Counted from the whole stretch's first letter, positions 36,827 through 51,503 are shown. The stretch: 63,454 bases of DNA, filler included, from Phoronis australis (GCA_002633005.1; 7 parts of 7 records of this genome joined end to end with filler, not necessarily neighbours in it); one strand, 5' to 3'. Notes: generated by a model from the letters alone, not told the origin. Numbers and translations are program-made.

Positions 36827-37636
36827 ATACGAAGAATATTGCATTGGATAAATAAAAGTTCATTTTCCAGGAAACGCAAAGTTATTGAAAGTAATTTACG
36901 GCAGTTACCCACAATAGTAAAACTTAATGTAGCGCTGATTCAAGGATACAGTGCCAGTAATTCTGAGGCTGACGCATCTCCCACCGGCTCCTCCATCTTT
37001 GTTGTTTGCGGTCAGATAGTAGTTACTCGATTCAGTTATTTGCAAAGTTTGAATTTAGCTGTCTAATCTGTGGTAGTTTTGATTTGTACTAAGTTTAAAA
37101 TTTTGTGAAAAAATATATTATACTGTTCTTTTGTGTAACAGAGTGAAAATGAATTCCTTTTGATACTTTGTTTTCGTGCCACATCTTCACTAGTGACGTC
37201 ACTTCCGTCAATCAGTGAAAATTCGGTGGTTTGCTTTTCTTCGAGAAATTCTTCTCATGTTAAAGGTTTGCGTGGTTTTTGTGACTTTTTTCTTGAGTCA
37301 CATAGTAAAGAAGAATTCTGGAAGCACAAGTTTACTTGAATAGAGTTTTGTCCACCTTTCCCCATAATGGGGGTTCTATTTTCAAAATTGTGGAGTCTGT
37401 TCTCAAATGAAGGTGAGCAATTTGAATTTGTTTACCATTGTTATTAACACTTTCACATGTCACGTGACTTACTTTTCCCTGCTGGTTGAATTTTTATGAA
37501 ATAGGGCAAAGTAGCATAACTGCTGGTTTTGACCTGTGCTGAGTGTGGTGGGTGCCTGCAGTGTACAGGCTGACACTGACAGTGTACGTAGGAACATTGA
37601 AGTTGGTCCACCAACCTAATTTACCTATGCCTATAT

Positions 37637-37887
37637 CATGGGTGAGAAACAACATGACCGCCGGTCCTCTAAATCGGACTGACTCACCCAAAACAGGACC
37701 TCCGGGGATCAAATGGGACCGTCGCACCAGAAAATGGGACTGACGCACCTAAAAACATGACCGCCCCACCACAAAACAGGACCGAGGACTGAACATAATA
37801 ATATGCGGTTTCAATCCCCGGCAGTCCTGTTTTGGGTGAGGCGGTCCAATTTAAGAGGACCGGCGGTCATGTTGTTTCTCACCCGTG
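37637..37887. mobile_element. MITE with about 75-bp imperfect TIRs, CAY...GTG termini
   Basis: catgggtgagaaacaacatgaccgccggtcctc... pairs with ...gaggaccggcggtcatgttgtttctcacccgtg. TAT flanks both sides. Confidence 0.85.
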
Positions 37888-38009
37888 TATATGGCACTAG
37901 CAGAAGAGGTGTAAGGGCTGGAATCCTCCAAGGTAGGGACGTGACAAAGTCTTATCTCAACGCTGATTGGCTTTTCCCAGATGTTGCGTAATGGCGATTA
38001 TCGATTAGN

Positions 38010-39071
38010 TCTCCTGCAGCGTCAATTGGTGAGTCCGTTCCAGAGACCATAAAGATTAAGAAGAGTGCACTTGCATTTCTTCCCATAGTAGACAAATGTG
38101 TTGGAACTAGGCAAGTGATTACGAATCCTGACTCCAACCCTACACTGGCTACTCAGTCACTTTCTCCATGTGACCTTGACGAGACAGATTTCAGTCTGTC
38201 CGGCATTTTTGCTTCAGATGGTGCAGATAATGAAAAGTTTGATCTGAAACCTGATGGCTGTTTTATTTATAACAATACATCATCTCCGAATGTTTTAAAT
38301 ATTTCAGCTAAACAGTCCGCAGATCCTGATTTTTCTTTCATTATTAATCGTGAGGTCACGCAACCAGCAGACCTCATGTTCTGTCCACCATTTGTTAATA
38401 GTAGCTTACTGTGCTACCTTGCTGTTGCTTGTTGTTTTGTGCACTACATGTTCTGTGTTCATTACTTGTTCATATGGTCCAAATGTGAATAGTTTTTTTT
38501 TTAAATATATAGTACAGTAAATTCTTCTTGTCACAAGTTTAATTATTTTTTTGACCATATGTACCTTGTAACTAGTATTTTTCAAGTTTTCAAGTATCCC
38601 CAGTCACGTACTTTTGTGAAGTATTTAGTTTTTTTATTGTAAATCCGGCCACATAGGTTTTAGTTACTCTAGTATTTTTCGTAGTATAGTTCTTATTTTT
38701 CATAATGTATATTAGACATTGGTCAGTTTATTTTTTACTATTTCATTAGTTTAGGGGGGAGTAAAGGTTGGGTGGTGTTTTTTTATCATTCTTCTATTTA
38801 GGGAGGGGAGGAATGTTGTGAATGTTGGTTTGTGTGGTCTCGTCTTTCGTGTTGTCTTGTGTGTTCGTGTTCGTCCATGGGTTTCCGTCAGTGGCCGGAT
38901 GTTGTAAGTTCTAGTTTTGTCACGTGACTGGGGAATCNAAGAGCTCTCTGTTCGTGTGGCACTGCTGCACGCAGGACGTCTGCGTTTGTGGGTCTTCAAC
39001 TCAAGCGTGTATTCAAGCTTTCATATGAGTAAAGGTAAGCTGCACGAGAACCTGTGTATCGAGTCACAACA
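38010..39071 (+). mobile_element. Second copy of the 3' part of the gag-only LTR element (3' LTR 38814-39071)
   Basis: Near-identical to 35755-36826 including PPT and LTR; begins at a single N. Confidence 0.9.
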
Positions 39072-42000
39072 AAAGTCAAAAGTTGACTTAGTGATGAAAT
39101 TAAAACAATACAAAAAGGGCAATCGATGTTTTCACAAGCCCAAAGGTAGATTTAGGGAACTATTTTGTGTGGAGTACCGTGGGACTACTGCCCCGCCTCA
39201 CTAGCTGGTGTCGAAACACAGATGACCAAGTTTGGTCCTGCACAGAAACCTTATAGACCTATAATACTGCTCGAAACAGACTACAAACAGCTGTATCTCA
39301 CCGAACATTTGGCACGTGTTTTAAGATTAAGTGCACGCTAGCTCAGTATCAACTGAATGTTCGGTGCCATGTGTCATTTGTGCTAGTAAAACTCAGTAAG
39401 CTGCGGGCAACTTCCCACAACTCTTGCACTTTTTCTCATGATCTCTGACTAGTTAATCACGCGGGCTGCGGTAACCGGCGGGCTCCGCCGTGAAGTGTAC
39501 GGCGTGAATTAGGCTGCTAAGTAGGTAACATATGTATGGAATTCGGTTACAGGTTGAGCTCTTGCTTCGGCTTACTGAACACAGTTGTTTTGATGTTCAT
39601 TTTGAGCAAACTCCGATAAAGCCGCGAAATCTTTATTTGTTCACTCGCAGTCCCGGCGCCAGGAAAAATGTTGAAATTTTATGGTCTGCTTTAAGTCGCC
39701 TTCATAGCATCATAGTAAACCGGCGTTTTGTTTAATCTTGATTTTTGTCTAACATTTTTTCCTCAAGCACTCAGGCCTAGGCCTACACTGAGCTTACACC
39801 CTAGACGCATACACCTAGCTGATGCGTCGCCAAAAACTAACCTGGGTAAAAAAATGCCCCTGCATGGTTACTGAACTGTGCAACACAAGTGGATGACCAG
39901 TGTGTGACCGATTTGTCACAAGTCGTTTTCGGCTCTGACATTACATACTAATTAACTGAATCTGCCTTAATTTGAGAAAAAACGACTTAACTCAGTTCCA
40001 GGTTGATTTTTGGAAAACGTAGGCCAGTAAACCACAACTCTGGGATCAATTTACAAAGGCAAGAACCAACTATATGCTTCTTCAGGTCTCAGTTACTTGA
40101 AACATGAGTTGAAAGACTCGAAATAGACAAACTTTATTGCTCAGCCCCAGGCTCATTTGCAATAAGGTTACACTTGTTTCCTACTGAGTACGTTTTTACC
40201 GTATGTAGGCCTAAACATGAATTAGGCACATGCCTCCTTCACATCCGTATTATTAAAAATTTTAGTGTTTCAAAAAAATGCTCAATGATATTAAGTATGG
40301 TCTCTTTGGTTTTGCTCCAACGTTTCACATATGTTCGATAGGTGCAGCTTCGCATACCAGCGAGCTAGGCGCACGGGGGTAAGTACACGCAGCTATTGTC
40401 GGCAGACGATGCCGTTACGTGTCAGTCTTTTTGGTGAAACGGATTTTTTCGCTAGGTGATTCTATGTGGTATTGTCCAAGTACAATTAATGTACATATAG
40501 GTCGGCCGGAAGCGTCCAGAATGCTGAAGCGGTTTTAGAAAATCAAAACCATGAGAAGAAGAACGTCCCGCGCATAGATTTTGCCAGCTAATGGAATGAT
40601 TACCTTGAACGCGGTGTGTCTCTAGCCATGCAGCCGAAAATATAGTGGGGTAAATGGGTCGGAATGCCAGTTGCAATGGACAGATTCAGTTTGCTCCGGC
40701 ACACGTGCGTTCTCATTGACAGCGTAGCCCTTGCATACCGTACGTATTGCCGTCCATTCGAATTGTTCCCCGGCTTTTTTACCCAAGTGATTCGCATATT
40801 GGCTCATACGCCCAAGTTTCGCATATTAGTAAGTCCTGATGTCCCCTACACAGACACATGCATTTATGATTCTCGTGCACCCGTTTTGATTACCGTTGTG
40901 CCCCCAATGGCATGTTTTACGTTTGCCTCAGTCTGTATCTTTGGAGTTCAGTCCTTGGCACGATATTTTCAAGAAATTTGGTTAATAGTTTTATATTACC
41001 GTATTGCCGTGCCTTGGTCCATGGGCTATATCCGGCAAAAAATTCTTTTTTAACGGTCTATTTACCCAAGTGATTCGCATATTAGAGCATACGCCTACTA
41101 AGTTTCGCACATAAGCGCACTGGTTCCGAACAGACGCTCACGGGTGGCTCACACGCCCAATGACGCGGCAATACTATAAGTAGTTAGTTCTTGCGAACAA
41201 CAATTCTTTTCTCTTCTGCCAAAGTCATTTTTCCTCAAAAATCCTATTCATTTCTCACGAACGGTGTTTTTATTCCCGAGTAATTACATGGACAAGAGAA
41301 CAAAATTTAATAATTCGGTAGGAACAGAATTAAATTGCCGCGACATAAGAAAAACACTACAGTTCTTCTGAAATCTCATGTTTGGCATGAAGAGAGATTT
41401 TATCACTGTAATCTTGTCACGCGAAGTGAGTTACCCTTTGGACCAATTGATTACAAAAGCGTATATTCTAAAACAATTTACCACCGAAACATTGTCGAAC
41501 GGCCTTCCAAATAAATGATTTTCAGCAAAACCGGATATATCCCACACCTATGTGTGCTATAAAGTACAGTATTTCTTTCCAAAACGCGATTTAGTACACC
41601 AGTATCATTCAGTTTTCAAATTTGACGGATATCTCATTTTGCAACGAAACTCTAACGAATCTCAGTAATGCAGATACCACTAAAGTGGGTATGCGGGGGC
41701 ATTTCGTTGAAGCGGCTCAGTATAAACCCGCTATTGTCACAAAAACAGTCTTTTGACTTGGTGCACTTACCGTTATGAAATTAGTCTCAAATTGTTCCTT
41801 TGTCAAATTCGAAATGATTCCATGAATTTTATAGAAAGAACTGGCTGTTCGTTAGTGCTTGAAACCAAGCTCTCGAAGCTGGTTTGTCACGATGTGCCAT
41901 TTAATGCGCCGGAACATGGCGTCAAGGAAAAACGAGCAGTCAGTTCTTACTTGCCACTGAACTCAGAAATAACTTCTCGTCTGAGTAGAGACCAGAACGA

Positions 42001-44471
42001 GACCAATGATTTCGTAACAGAAAGTTCGCTTCTAGGACAGAACGTGGGTTAAAGCCGCTTTAATTTAAATTCAACTGTTTCCAATACATCAAGATCAGAT
42101 CGCTGATGTAAATTTTTAAAAAGCAGCATCGGAGCAATGTCTTTTTCATGTTTGGTCTTAGGCCGCCTGAATATTTGTGGAATTCGCCCTAAAGATCAAG
42201 CGAACCGTGCATCGTGCCACCAGAGGCATCTTCTGTCATTCATAAAGCGTTATGATTTCCGCTCCGAGTGAATAAATTGGCAGTGGGTCACCCTGGCGTC
42301 AATATGTGCGAACAGGGATATGTTTAGAAGTGAATTATGTTAAAATAACACGAAAAGACCAGCACCTATATTCAACAGGCAGACCCGTTCTATTAAACAA
42401 TGACCACTGAGAAGGGTTATTAAGAACTCACGTTCGCCCAGAGGAGTATCCACACTACACAAGAGCGCGTTGACACTGGCTTATCAATTCATATTAATTT
42501 GTATTTGTTCCACGACTCTTAAACATGTTCAAATACAACAAACAAAAGACAGGCAAGAACTCTGACAATGGGTATTCGGCAGTTTCCGTGGGTGATGCAG
42601 AAACGAAGTCGAACCCAAAGCGCTCACAATCAGACAAATGTCTCCTAAGGTAGCAGACGAAAACAAAATTTACTGCTAAACATTTAACACTTCCCGTAAT
42701 AACACAATAAATCAATTATTAGACCCACAATAATTTTCATAACAACAGCAGCTTGATAATTGCACATCTGACGTCATCAAATCATGTATCTGTCATGACT
42801 ACACCATGTCGTAACTACAGGGTTAGCCACCAAAAACGAACCAACAAAATTCCGTATAAAATTATTAACCCCTTATTCATTTGACAAGATCAAAAAAATC
42901 TCAAAGCACACTGGCTGATACGATCAAAATTGGACCTGATGTAGGATTAATGAGCATTTTTATGGGTTTGTTTTTGGGTCACCCTGTAGTTCACAAAGAA
43001 TAACTTGATTAAAGTTTCAAATAACCAGTCACAAGCAAACTTCGATTTAGAGAGATGACACTTGCTATATCCCTAAATATTTCATATTTTTCATTTTACT
43101 TTTTCATGTCCCAGATGTGCCAGCTTCCTCCCAAAGTCCACTATCAATATATTAAGGCATAAATAGTTAGCTTATTGATTACATTTGTACACTAATTTCA
43201 ACAGGGACAATAAGCTTGTCAGTACTGACGTTCTGTTACATAAGCGGCTTAATCTTGTTCATTACTCAGATTAGATGATTCTAGGCTTCAGTAGAACTGA
43301 CAGATCCAGAGCTAGTCATACTTCAAAACAGGCCCAAGTTGCTAGTCACTGCGGGTCAGTTCTAGCCACCAAGTCAGTGTGGCTGTGAGAGGAGATATAG
43401 GTGTATTTTTTAAAATATAATTCAATAAAAGGAAAAGAACACTATGACATTGGTTTGGAAGGCCAAAAACTCCTGTGAAAAATTCATGTTTTTTGTCACC
43501 AAAATATGATCTTTAGCGACTTTATTCACTCAAAGAATTTGTAAGTAATGCAATCACTCGATAATTAAGGGTAAGAACATGGGCAGTGCACCATAGGGGG
43601 CTCAGGAGGGCGGGCTATAGTTCCCCTTTTTTCAGTGCTGCACCGCCCATGAGTAATACTTATTAAGTACATTTAATCCCTCTATAGAATACACTCTGGA
43701 ACTTTTAAAACCAAATCAACCCATAAACTACAAGCATAGAAGCAATGTCCAAGCACTAGAATCCAATACACTAAACATAAGTTTTTCATTAAGTTGTGCA
43801 CGTCGGTTACCAGCTGTTCTAATGTGCGTCCATTACCAGCTCTTCTAATGAACCTGTGACCATAATTGATTGATGACTGCTTCTCCAGCCAGCTATTAAA
43901 TATTCGTTTTTTCAAACCTGATTTGTAGCCAGTTCTCAAAAGTTTCTGCAACAAGTGTTCTTACATGTACTTGCACAAATTTCTAAACGACACATCACGT
44001 GATACAGGCCCCAAGAATGCAGATTGTTACTCATAGCAAACTTTGGAAGATTAAAGGGCTTCAAAAACTTGTTAGAATATACTGACACCTTAAGTCACAA
44101 ACAGCGTACAGATACATGTACAAGCAAAAACAAAACTAGACAAGTTTTACACAAATGTCACTTAATTGAATGAATACTTTCTTAATTATTCACTCTGTTT
44201 CTATGCTGCGAAAAATTATTCCATAATGACATTCGAGCTCATTTGGCCGGGTTTCAGTGTAAACTATTAAAACTGTCTATAGACAACATAACATGAATTT
44301 TTAACGAATACATCAAGTTAACATCAAAAAACAGCATTATAAGAAAATAATGCAGGATCAAAAGAACACGTTACATCTCGATATTCAGGATCAGTTCACA
44401 GACATACATACATGTACACCTATACAATGCTTATAGAACCGCTTCAATAAAGCATGAAAGGACACATGGCA

Positions 44472-47400
44472 TCAACCTTCATTTTTAGCCATTTGGTCTG
44501 TCGACTGTATAAGTGAGATGGCCTCTTCCCAAGCCCCTAAGCACTGGAAATATAAAGCATCATCACCAATTAAAAATACGCAAAATATTACAAATGTTGG
44601 AAGGTGCACGCTATCACATCCTAAGCAAACAAAAGGGTACCTAGTCAAAGCCTAGTTTCACTGCAAGACGAGATATTTACCAAATAGAATAAATTTGAAA
44701 TTCAAAATAATGTAACTAGTCCATATCGCATTTTTGGAGCATGCATACCAGAGGGATATATCAGGTTTTGCAGACAATTAACTGAAGTGGACTTAATGAT
44801 CAATAATGTTGTGGTGAATCAGAACTTTCAAATTTTAATGGTAGATATCTCTATAAAATTTGGTACAGAGGAGAAAAAATTAGACTATGTGGGTTCTTGA
44901 ATTTTCAAAATTGGTCAATTAATATCAAGTAAACAATTTTGTAAAATAATAAACCAAGCCATGAGCTATTCATTGGAAAGTAGTTTCCAGCACAGTGTAT
45001 AATCTACAGTAATTGACTGCATCACTAACTCACAATAGGAGCTGCACCTGAAAGAACGTGGAAAAAACTGGTCCTAGTCTAGCTGAATCTTTAAAGGAAA
45101 TATTCTCAACATGGAAAATAAAATTTCACTGTTGTCCATATTGTGTCCTAATTCGGCAAAATTTTATTGTAACAGGCTTAATCAAACATCAGATAATACT
45201 TTGAAATGACCAAAGCACAAGACCCAATGGGAGACTTTCAGAAAGTAATGGAGGCTGATCAAGAGGGAATGGTGACTTTTATCGCCACCTGGCTGAATAA
45301 GAAAGAAGCTGGGTGGAACATTTTGACTTCGTGAAAAGACCTTTTATATTGTACACGATTAGAAGTGATGCATTTTAAACAAAGTTAAATTGCCTCGGCC
45401 ATTAGTATCCAGTCCCACGTGATCAGTCGCCACGTTGCTGTAAAGTCTCCCATTAACATTAGCCAGCTCTTACTCAACACTGCCTGAGAACGGATTGCCT
45501 CAGCTTTATTCCAGGCAAACTTGAATTGAGAAACCTGTCAGCATTCTGTAATACATTCTAGTTTTAGTAAGAAACAAATTAAGACAAATTTCACTAATTA
45601 AGTCCAAATCATACAAAGACAATTTTTCCCAAAAGGTGGACCCATAACAGCTTTAAGTCATGTGAGCACAAACAACAATTACCTTTTGATAATAATTAAC
45701 TTGCTTGTCAGCGATATTGGTGAACATTTCTTTCATGTCCCTCTTCTTGTTGGCATGCCACCGTTCCATGTCAGCCTTTAAATCTGCATTTGCTACAACA
45801 GTTCGGTCATTAAATACCTCGACTTGTTTTGTAAGCTGGAAAGGAAAAGAACCACAATGTCAGGAGTAACTTTCTCTTGACCAATGACCTTCTCAGTCAA
45901 AAGTGGTCAAATCCAATAACTTATTTTTTGTATCTAGCTACTCCTAATGTTTGATATTTTTTCTCTTATTCAAAAACACAAAATTATAACTTGGCAAGAA
46001 ATACAGGGAAGCATTTAGCTGACTTAAAAGTAAATAATCCCTTTCAATGGTCTAGCTAAAGGCTTGATATCTCGAAGCCATGAGCATTTTGCAAGTCTAG
46101 ATCTTTCCAATATTTCACAATAAGCAGCCAATCTTGCTAGTCAAATAAACTTGTACACATTCGAAGAGTGGTACAAAATGGAACATTAAACACTCACACC
46201 ATCCCATATAACATATCCCATTACTTGTTTGATAACAGATGTCCACGCTAGTATTATAATTAATTAACTAATAGGTGTTATTGCAGTTATTTTACCTCTT
46301 CAATTAAATGGTCAAGTTTTTCTTCTTTTTGCTGTCTGACCTCCTCTGGATTTTTTCCCATAAAAGACCCCAGAGAGTACGACTGGTCAGAGGTTTTCAG
46401 CTTGAAATTAACAGCAACAATGTAAGACACGAGATTGCATGAGATAACAAGTAAATAACTGCAAGACATGAGATTAAACGAGATAACCAGCAGCAGGATA
46501 AGGCATGACATTAAACCTGATAACCAGTAAATAACTGAGAAGTCAGAACACAAACCTAGTGAACAAAAACCGATGCCGAAAAAACAATTTAGCTTGTTTC
46601 TACAATTTGCATTTCACTTGGTTCAGACACAAACTAAGAATTTAATATTTTAATGGTATTTATAAAAAGAATATTGAAATATTCAAAAGTAAAATGCCCC
46701 CATCAGGAGGAATAAGGCTATCTTAGAAATAGTCCATAATTATCAACATGTTTTTCAAAAGCATACAAAACATTCTTAATTGGTTGTTGTGTATCAGACT
46801 AGTGGTGTGATAAGAATTTGACAGACAGCATTAGGCAAAAAACGAAAACAAATTATAGCATAATTTTCAAGGTTACACACGCTTAGTTGCATTGCGTGGA
46901 AGCTGCAGCCCCTACAGACTGTGGGGCAGGGGCATGATTATACTTAATATAGGGGGCAGCTGCATGTGCATCATTATACTTAATATAGGGGGCAATTTGC
47001 ATTCCTCCATTACTATGACTACAATGTCATTGTTTGAGCTCCGGGGGTCGGTGTCCTCTGGACCCACCCCCTGGATCTGCATCAGCTGAATGCTAGTCTT
47101 CAACTCACTTGTTCTTTCTCTTCCTTTCGTCTGTTCAGTTCCTCTAACGTTATTTCGTACTCCATTTGAATAGCATCCCTCCGTCGTAGAACAGCCTGAA
47201 AATTTGGAAACAACATTCATCGTCTTCTGCAGAACACATTTACCCAACTGATGGTGGGATTGAATTCCTAGAGTGACGTCATAACTTGTGTGGTGAATAG
47301 AACTTTACATAAACACGAGTACACAACTGAATAGTATGTAAAAATTAATCTGACAAATTCTCAGCATTCCTTACGCTTAACTTAGGTCTAGAAATCTTGC

Positions 47401-49779
47401 CCTATATATAGAAACTGGCTGCTTTATACAAACTCCTGCAGATGAAAGGTTATGTTGTTACTCTCTGTTCTTTAGTTTGTGTGTTACTATTGTCACAGTA
47501 GTGTTATTGTGACTCCTTATGGTTAAACTCTATGGATTTGACGGTACTGTGTTGCCTTGTTCAGAGCTCTTGTGTCGTTATGGAAATTAGTATGTAAGGT
47601 GTGCTCAGTGTTTGTCCTATCTAAGTTCAATTTGACACTGGACAGCATACTGAGGGTTTCTTCAATAAACCATTCTGACCATATCGTATAACAGACTTTG
47701 GCTAACATGGCCGTAACAATCTGATGTTGTTATGTTGCGACTCAAACTCAATTGAAGACAAGCTGCAATTTATGTCTGATTGTTCTTTATTATTCACTTA
47801 TTAGTCAGAACAAATTTATTTCTTTATAACATATGTCTCCACGAACCTAACTTTTAAGACTAATTAAAAGCAGGGCAGAAGAATGAACTGACAAATGAAT
47901 ATAATTTCAACATTTCCCTAAACAATTAGCCAAATTTCTTCAGTGGTATATGAGCATAGGACGGTGTAGTTATAATCAAAGAAATTAAATCTGTTCAACT
48001 GGACCCTTGCCTTCGGAGTATACCGCTCTCTGGTTAAATGTAGTTTTATTTATATTTGATTTGTTAATTCTCATTTCTTTCAATCGGAAAGCTGGATAGA
48101 GACTGTTATTAGAATAATAACATTTTGTTGCCATTAGCAAACAGTGTACCAGTCACAAAAATAAATAAACACTCCTCTACTACTGTGCTACTGAAGGTAC
48201 ATAATAAAGCAACTGAGAATAGTGAGAAAGAAGATGTTAACTAATCCGCAACATTACTCCATTTGAAAACCCACTGCACACAGAATGTAGATCAACAGTA
48301 GATAGGCTAACTGCAATCTAGTATGTAATTCCAAGTGTTTTGTAGCTTTAAAGGAGTTTGAGAGCCACACACAGGCAATTTTGGTTGAACAGAACTCATC
48401 ATGCAAAGTTTGTCATGAATCATGATAAATTCTATGATTTCTTATCACTGAGCAACGATAAATGAGCAAAGTTTTACGTTTTCCACGAATGGTGCTATGA
48501 ATGATGATCACTTATCATCAGCCTGATGTGAATTCATATCAAACAAAATAGGTGTGTAATTTTGAAAATAAACGCTGCTCACCATTTACAGACTTTGAAA
48601 TAAAGGGACAAACTGTGGTTTACCTTAATGGCGTCTGTATACAACATGTACTCCTTCAGAGGAATGCTGAACTCTGTTTCAGTTGCACACACCTGTAATT
48701 AGTAAACTATGAAACTAACAAAAAAATCTAATAAATGAGTTTCATTTACAAGAGAAAGTGCAGTTTGGAGACAGACCTAAAATTCATTATCTATGGGCAG
48801 TTAGCCCTCTGTTCTACTGAAAAGATCAAATCAGATTCAATGAATAATTGGAACGACAATTTCGAAATTGTATATTTGAAGGAACAACCTATTGGAAGCT
48901 GACTTTTGACACTAAAAAAGTGAATATTAGTGAGTTGGGATTCATACTTCTGATGGTAAACCAATTATTACATTACAACATTCCGTTCTCCTTCAGCTAA
49001 CACTGGGATATTTTGTTTTACTTCAGGTAAAAATTCCTCCCCAGTAAACAATGTGACTCCTTTGATCCTGAATGTAACATTATCATTTATTAACAAAAAA
49101 ATCATGTTTGGCTTCAACTCCAGATGACAGCTATTTCCAAATCAATGCTAAATCCAGATATCAATCTAATCCAGTTATAATGTTCCTCCAGTCTCTTGTT
49201 TAGCATCATGACTCGCCGGACAATAATCTTCTTTAAGTTCAAAGGGTTACTAAAATTAAGTGGGGTGACTTTGTCAACAGGTATCAGAATACCGAAACTT
49301 AGTTAATCTATTTTGGCTAATTTTCATAGTATTTCTGAAGGTAAAAAGGACTCCAACCTATTTTGTAAGAGCAATTCCATTACAGAAGCCAAACAGTTAA
49401 ACAGAATTTTTGGCAGAATCACATACAAATCTACTGACAAAGTACAAAACAAGCTGAGTTTCTAAGGGACTGTTTTCTCCTAAAACTTACATTATGTCAT
49501 TTCATTTCCACTCCTGAAAAAGTAAGTTCAAAATCATTGTCAGCTGAAAAGCGCATTCACCCTCCAACAGAGTAGAATTATTAGAATTCTCCAGGGTCAT
49601 ACCAACATCCAAAACTCAAGCAAGTTTGCCCTCTGGCAGTGTACATACCGCTTCCTTTAGCGCCTCCGTACATTTGTCAGATGTTGCAGCGACCGCAGTT
49701 AGTGCTTGGCTCAATGTATCTTCATAGTTCGACCATAAAGTGAAAATGGGTGACAGCTCACGCAGTTCTTGAATGTACT
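44472..49779 (-). CDS. SNX30: Sorting nexin of the SNX7/SNX30 (SNX4-family) PX-BAR group, 5'-partial; exons 49779-49649, 48692-48624, 47195-47109, 46400-46296, 45835-45683, 44543-44472
   Basis: All introns GT-AG, phase 0. Translation ...LSPIFTLWS...PLKEYMLYTDAIK-AVLRRRDAIQMEYE...NADLKADMERWHANKKRDMKEMFTNIADKQVNYYQK-CLGAWEEAI...* matches the SNX30/SNX7 BAR C-terminus. Confidence 0.92.
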
Positions 49780-50186
49780 CTACAATGATAACAAAATACA
49801 ACAGACTATAAATAGCACAAACCACATTAAAGGCAAAGTTGTATTTATAGCCACCATTTAATATAGAAGAGTTAAATGCGAATGAGTAAATGTCTGCATG
49901 ATGTAGAAAACTCGACATGAGCTTTTACTAACAGGAAACTGAAGATAATTTGAACAAATCATGTTCGCTTCGGAACTTGAAAGTCTGTGTAAATAAGATT
50001 TTAAAAGTCCCTTAGGGGTGGTATATTTAGTCAAACATGGGTGTTGAACAGTAAAAATTGGGAAAATTGATCTTGAATTGCTAATACGCAATTGTGGTGC
50101 TATAAATCATAAGAGTTAATTGGTCTTCATAAACGCCATCTGTTGGTCACATCATGTGACCTAAAGTTATGTCAGAAAAGATTTCT

Positions 50187-50252
50187 GTCCTGACCGGGGT
50201 TCAAACCTGTGACTTTCTAAGGTGCAAAGTCTCTCATCCACTGAGCTATCGG
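50187..50252 (-). mobile_element. tRNA-derived SINE head / tRNA pseudogene fragment
   Basis: The minus strand has A-box tagctcagtgg and B-box ggtttgaacccc at tRNA spacing, but the anticodon arm is degenerate. It runs into the contig end. Confidence 0.6.
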
Positions 50253-51282
50253 NNNNNNNNNNNNNNNNNNNNNNNNNNNNNNNNNNNNNNNNNNNNTTAA
50301 TTAATTAANNNNNNNNNNNNNNNNNNNNNNNNNNNNNNNNNNNNNNNNNNNNTCTTGCGACTCTTCGTACAACAATTAAGACAGTATACGAACTGGAAAC
50401 CGCCATTATTTGCCAAAATTCGTTGATTCCTAGTTGGGTATGAGCTTAATTTTTTAAATTTCCGCTATGAGCCCCTCTACTTTTAAAAATGATTTTTGAT
50501 TTTGGCTACGTACCGCTATAGAGCTGGTCTCAGCTAGTTCCTTGCTCAGATTAAAAGTGGTTTTTGGGGTTTTGAGCCAGGTCTCGAACAGCAGTGACTT
50601 TTCAGTTCTTCCAAAGACAACATAAATGAACAAACTATGTACATGTACGAGCGGTCATGCTGCGAGGACGAATAAGTCAGGAACCGAGCGGTGATTATGA
50701 CTAAACCCTAGTATAGGGTTAACACGGCCAAATGGAATTATGTAGGGTTGAGAAACAAGTTAAGTATGTCCAGCTTTCCTCACATCTCCATGTATTCCAC
50801 ATCTCGATGAGTCGAGATTTCCATCAAGGATGACGCAACATTCAACAAACGTCTGGTATCAATGTACCGAAATACTTGCAGTTGACGTATTCAACCATTT
50901 TCGATCGATGCATCGAGCGAAAACGTTACCAAACAGCGCAAATTTGAAGGACATGATGTTGTTACTACAGGCTTCTGTACACACCAGTAATATAACTTAG
51001 TACGTCAAAACAGAATCGTACTAATAAGTGTTTTGTTTAATAAAAATAGGACATAGTCGCCGTTTCCAGGCGCGGACGACATGGTTCTTGCTTGGCGGAT
51101 TGGTGTAGGCGAAATAAAAATATTCCAGTGCCAGTGTCCGCAAATATCAGGAAACCACAGCACATATACTTTTACCAGTTTGACTAACCTCAACGTAAAT
51201 TCCATGCAATTATGTGAAGTGTCTATTTTTACGCTTTTACGAACACGGCGTTGAACTCTGTGTATTTTTTGTTGTTCTAAAG

Positions 51283-51503
51283 GTAATTATCATCTATGCG
51301 CCAGTTGTTACGTTTTTACACTTCTGAACACGCAGCGTCGCGTTTGCAATAACGTGCCCATTACTGTCGACGTCGTACGACCGGTCTTACGACTTTCGAT
51401 AAAACGGGCTTCAATATCCCAACACTGGATGGTTCACGTCATCGAAGAATGTTGCAAATGGGGGTGCATGGGCGTGGTGAAACGGCTCTGTCGAGGCCAA
51501 TGA
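51283..51503 (+). CDS. Divergent insulin/relaxin-family peptide, terminal exon (B chain, C peptide, KR, A chain)
   Basis: Acceptor ttttttgttgttctaaag, phase 1, then NYHLCASCYVFTLLNTQRRVC-NNVPITVDVVRPVLRLSIKR-ASISQHWMVHVIEECCKWGCMGVVKRLCRGQ*. HLCxSxxVxxL..VC and IEECCxxxC...C are insulin B- and A-chain signatures. Confidence 0.7.
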
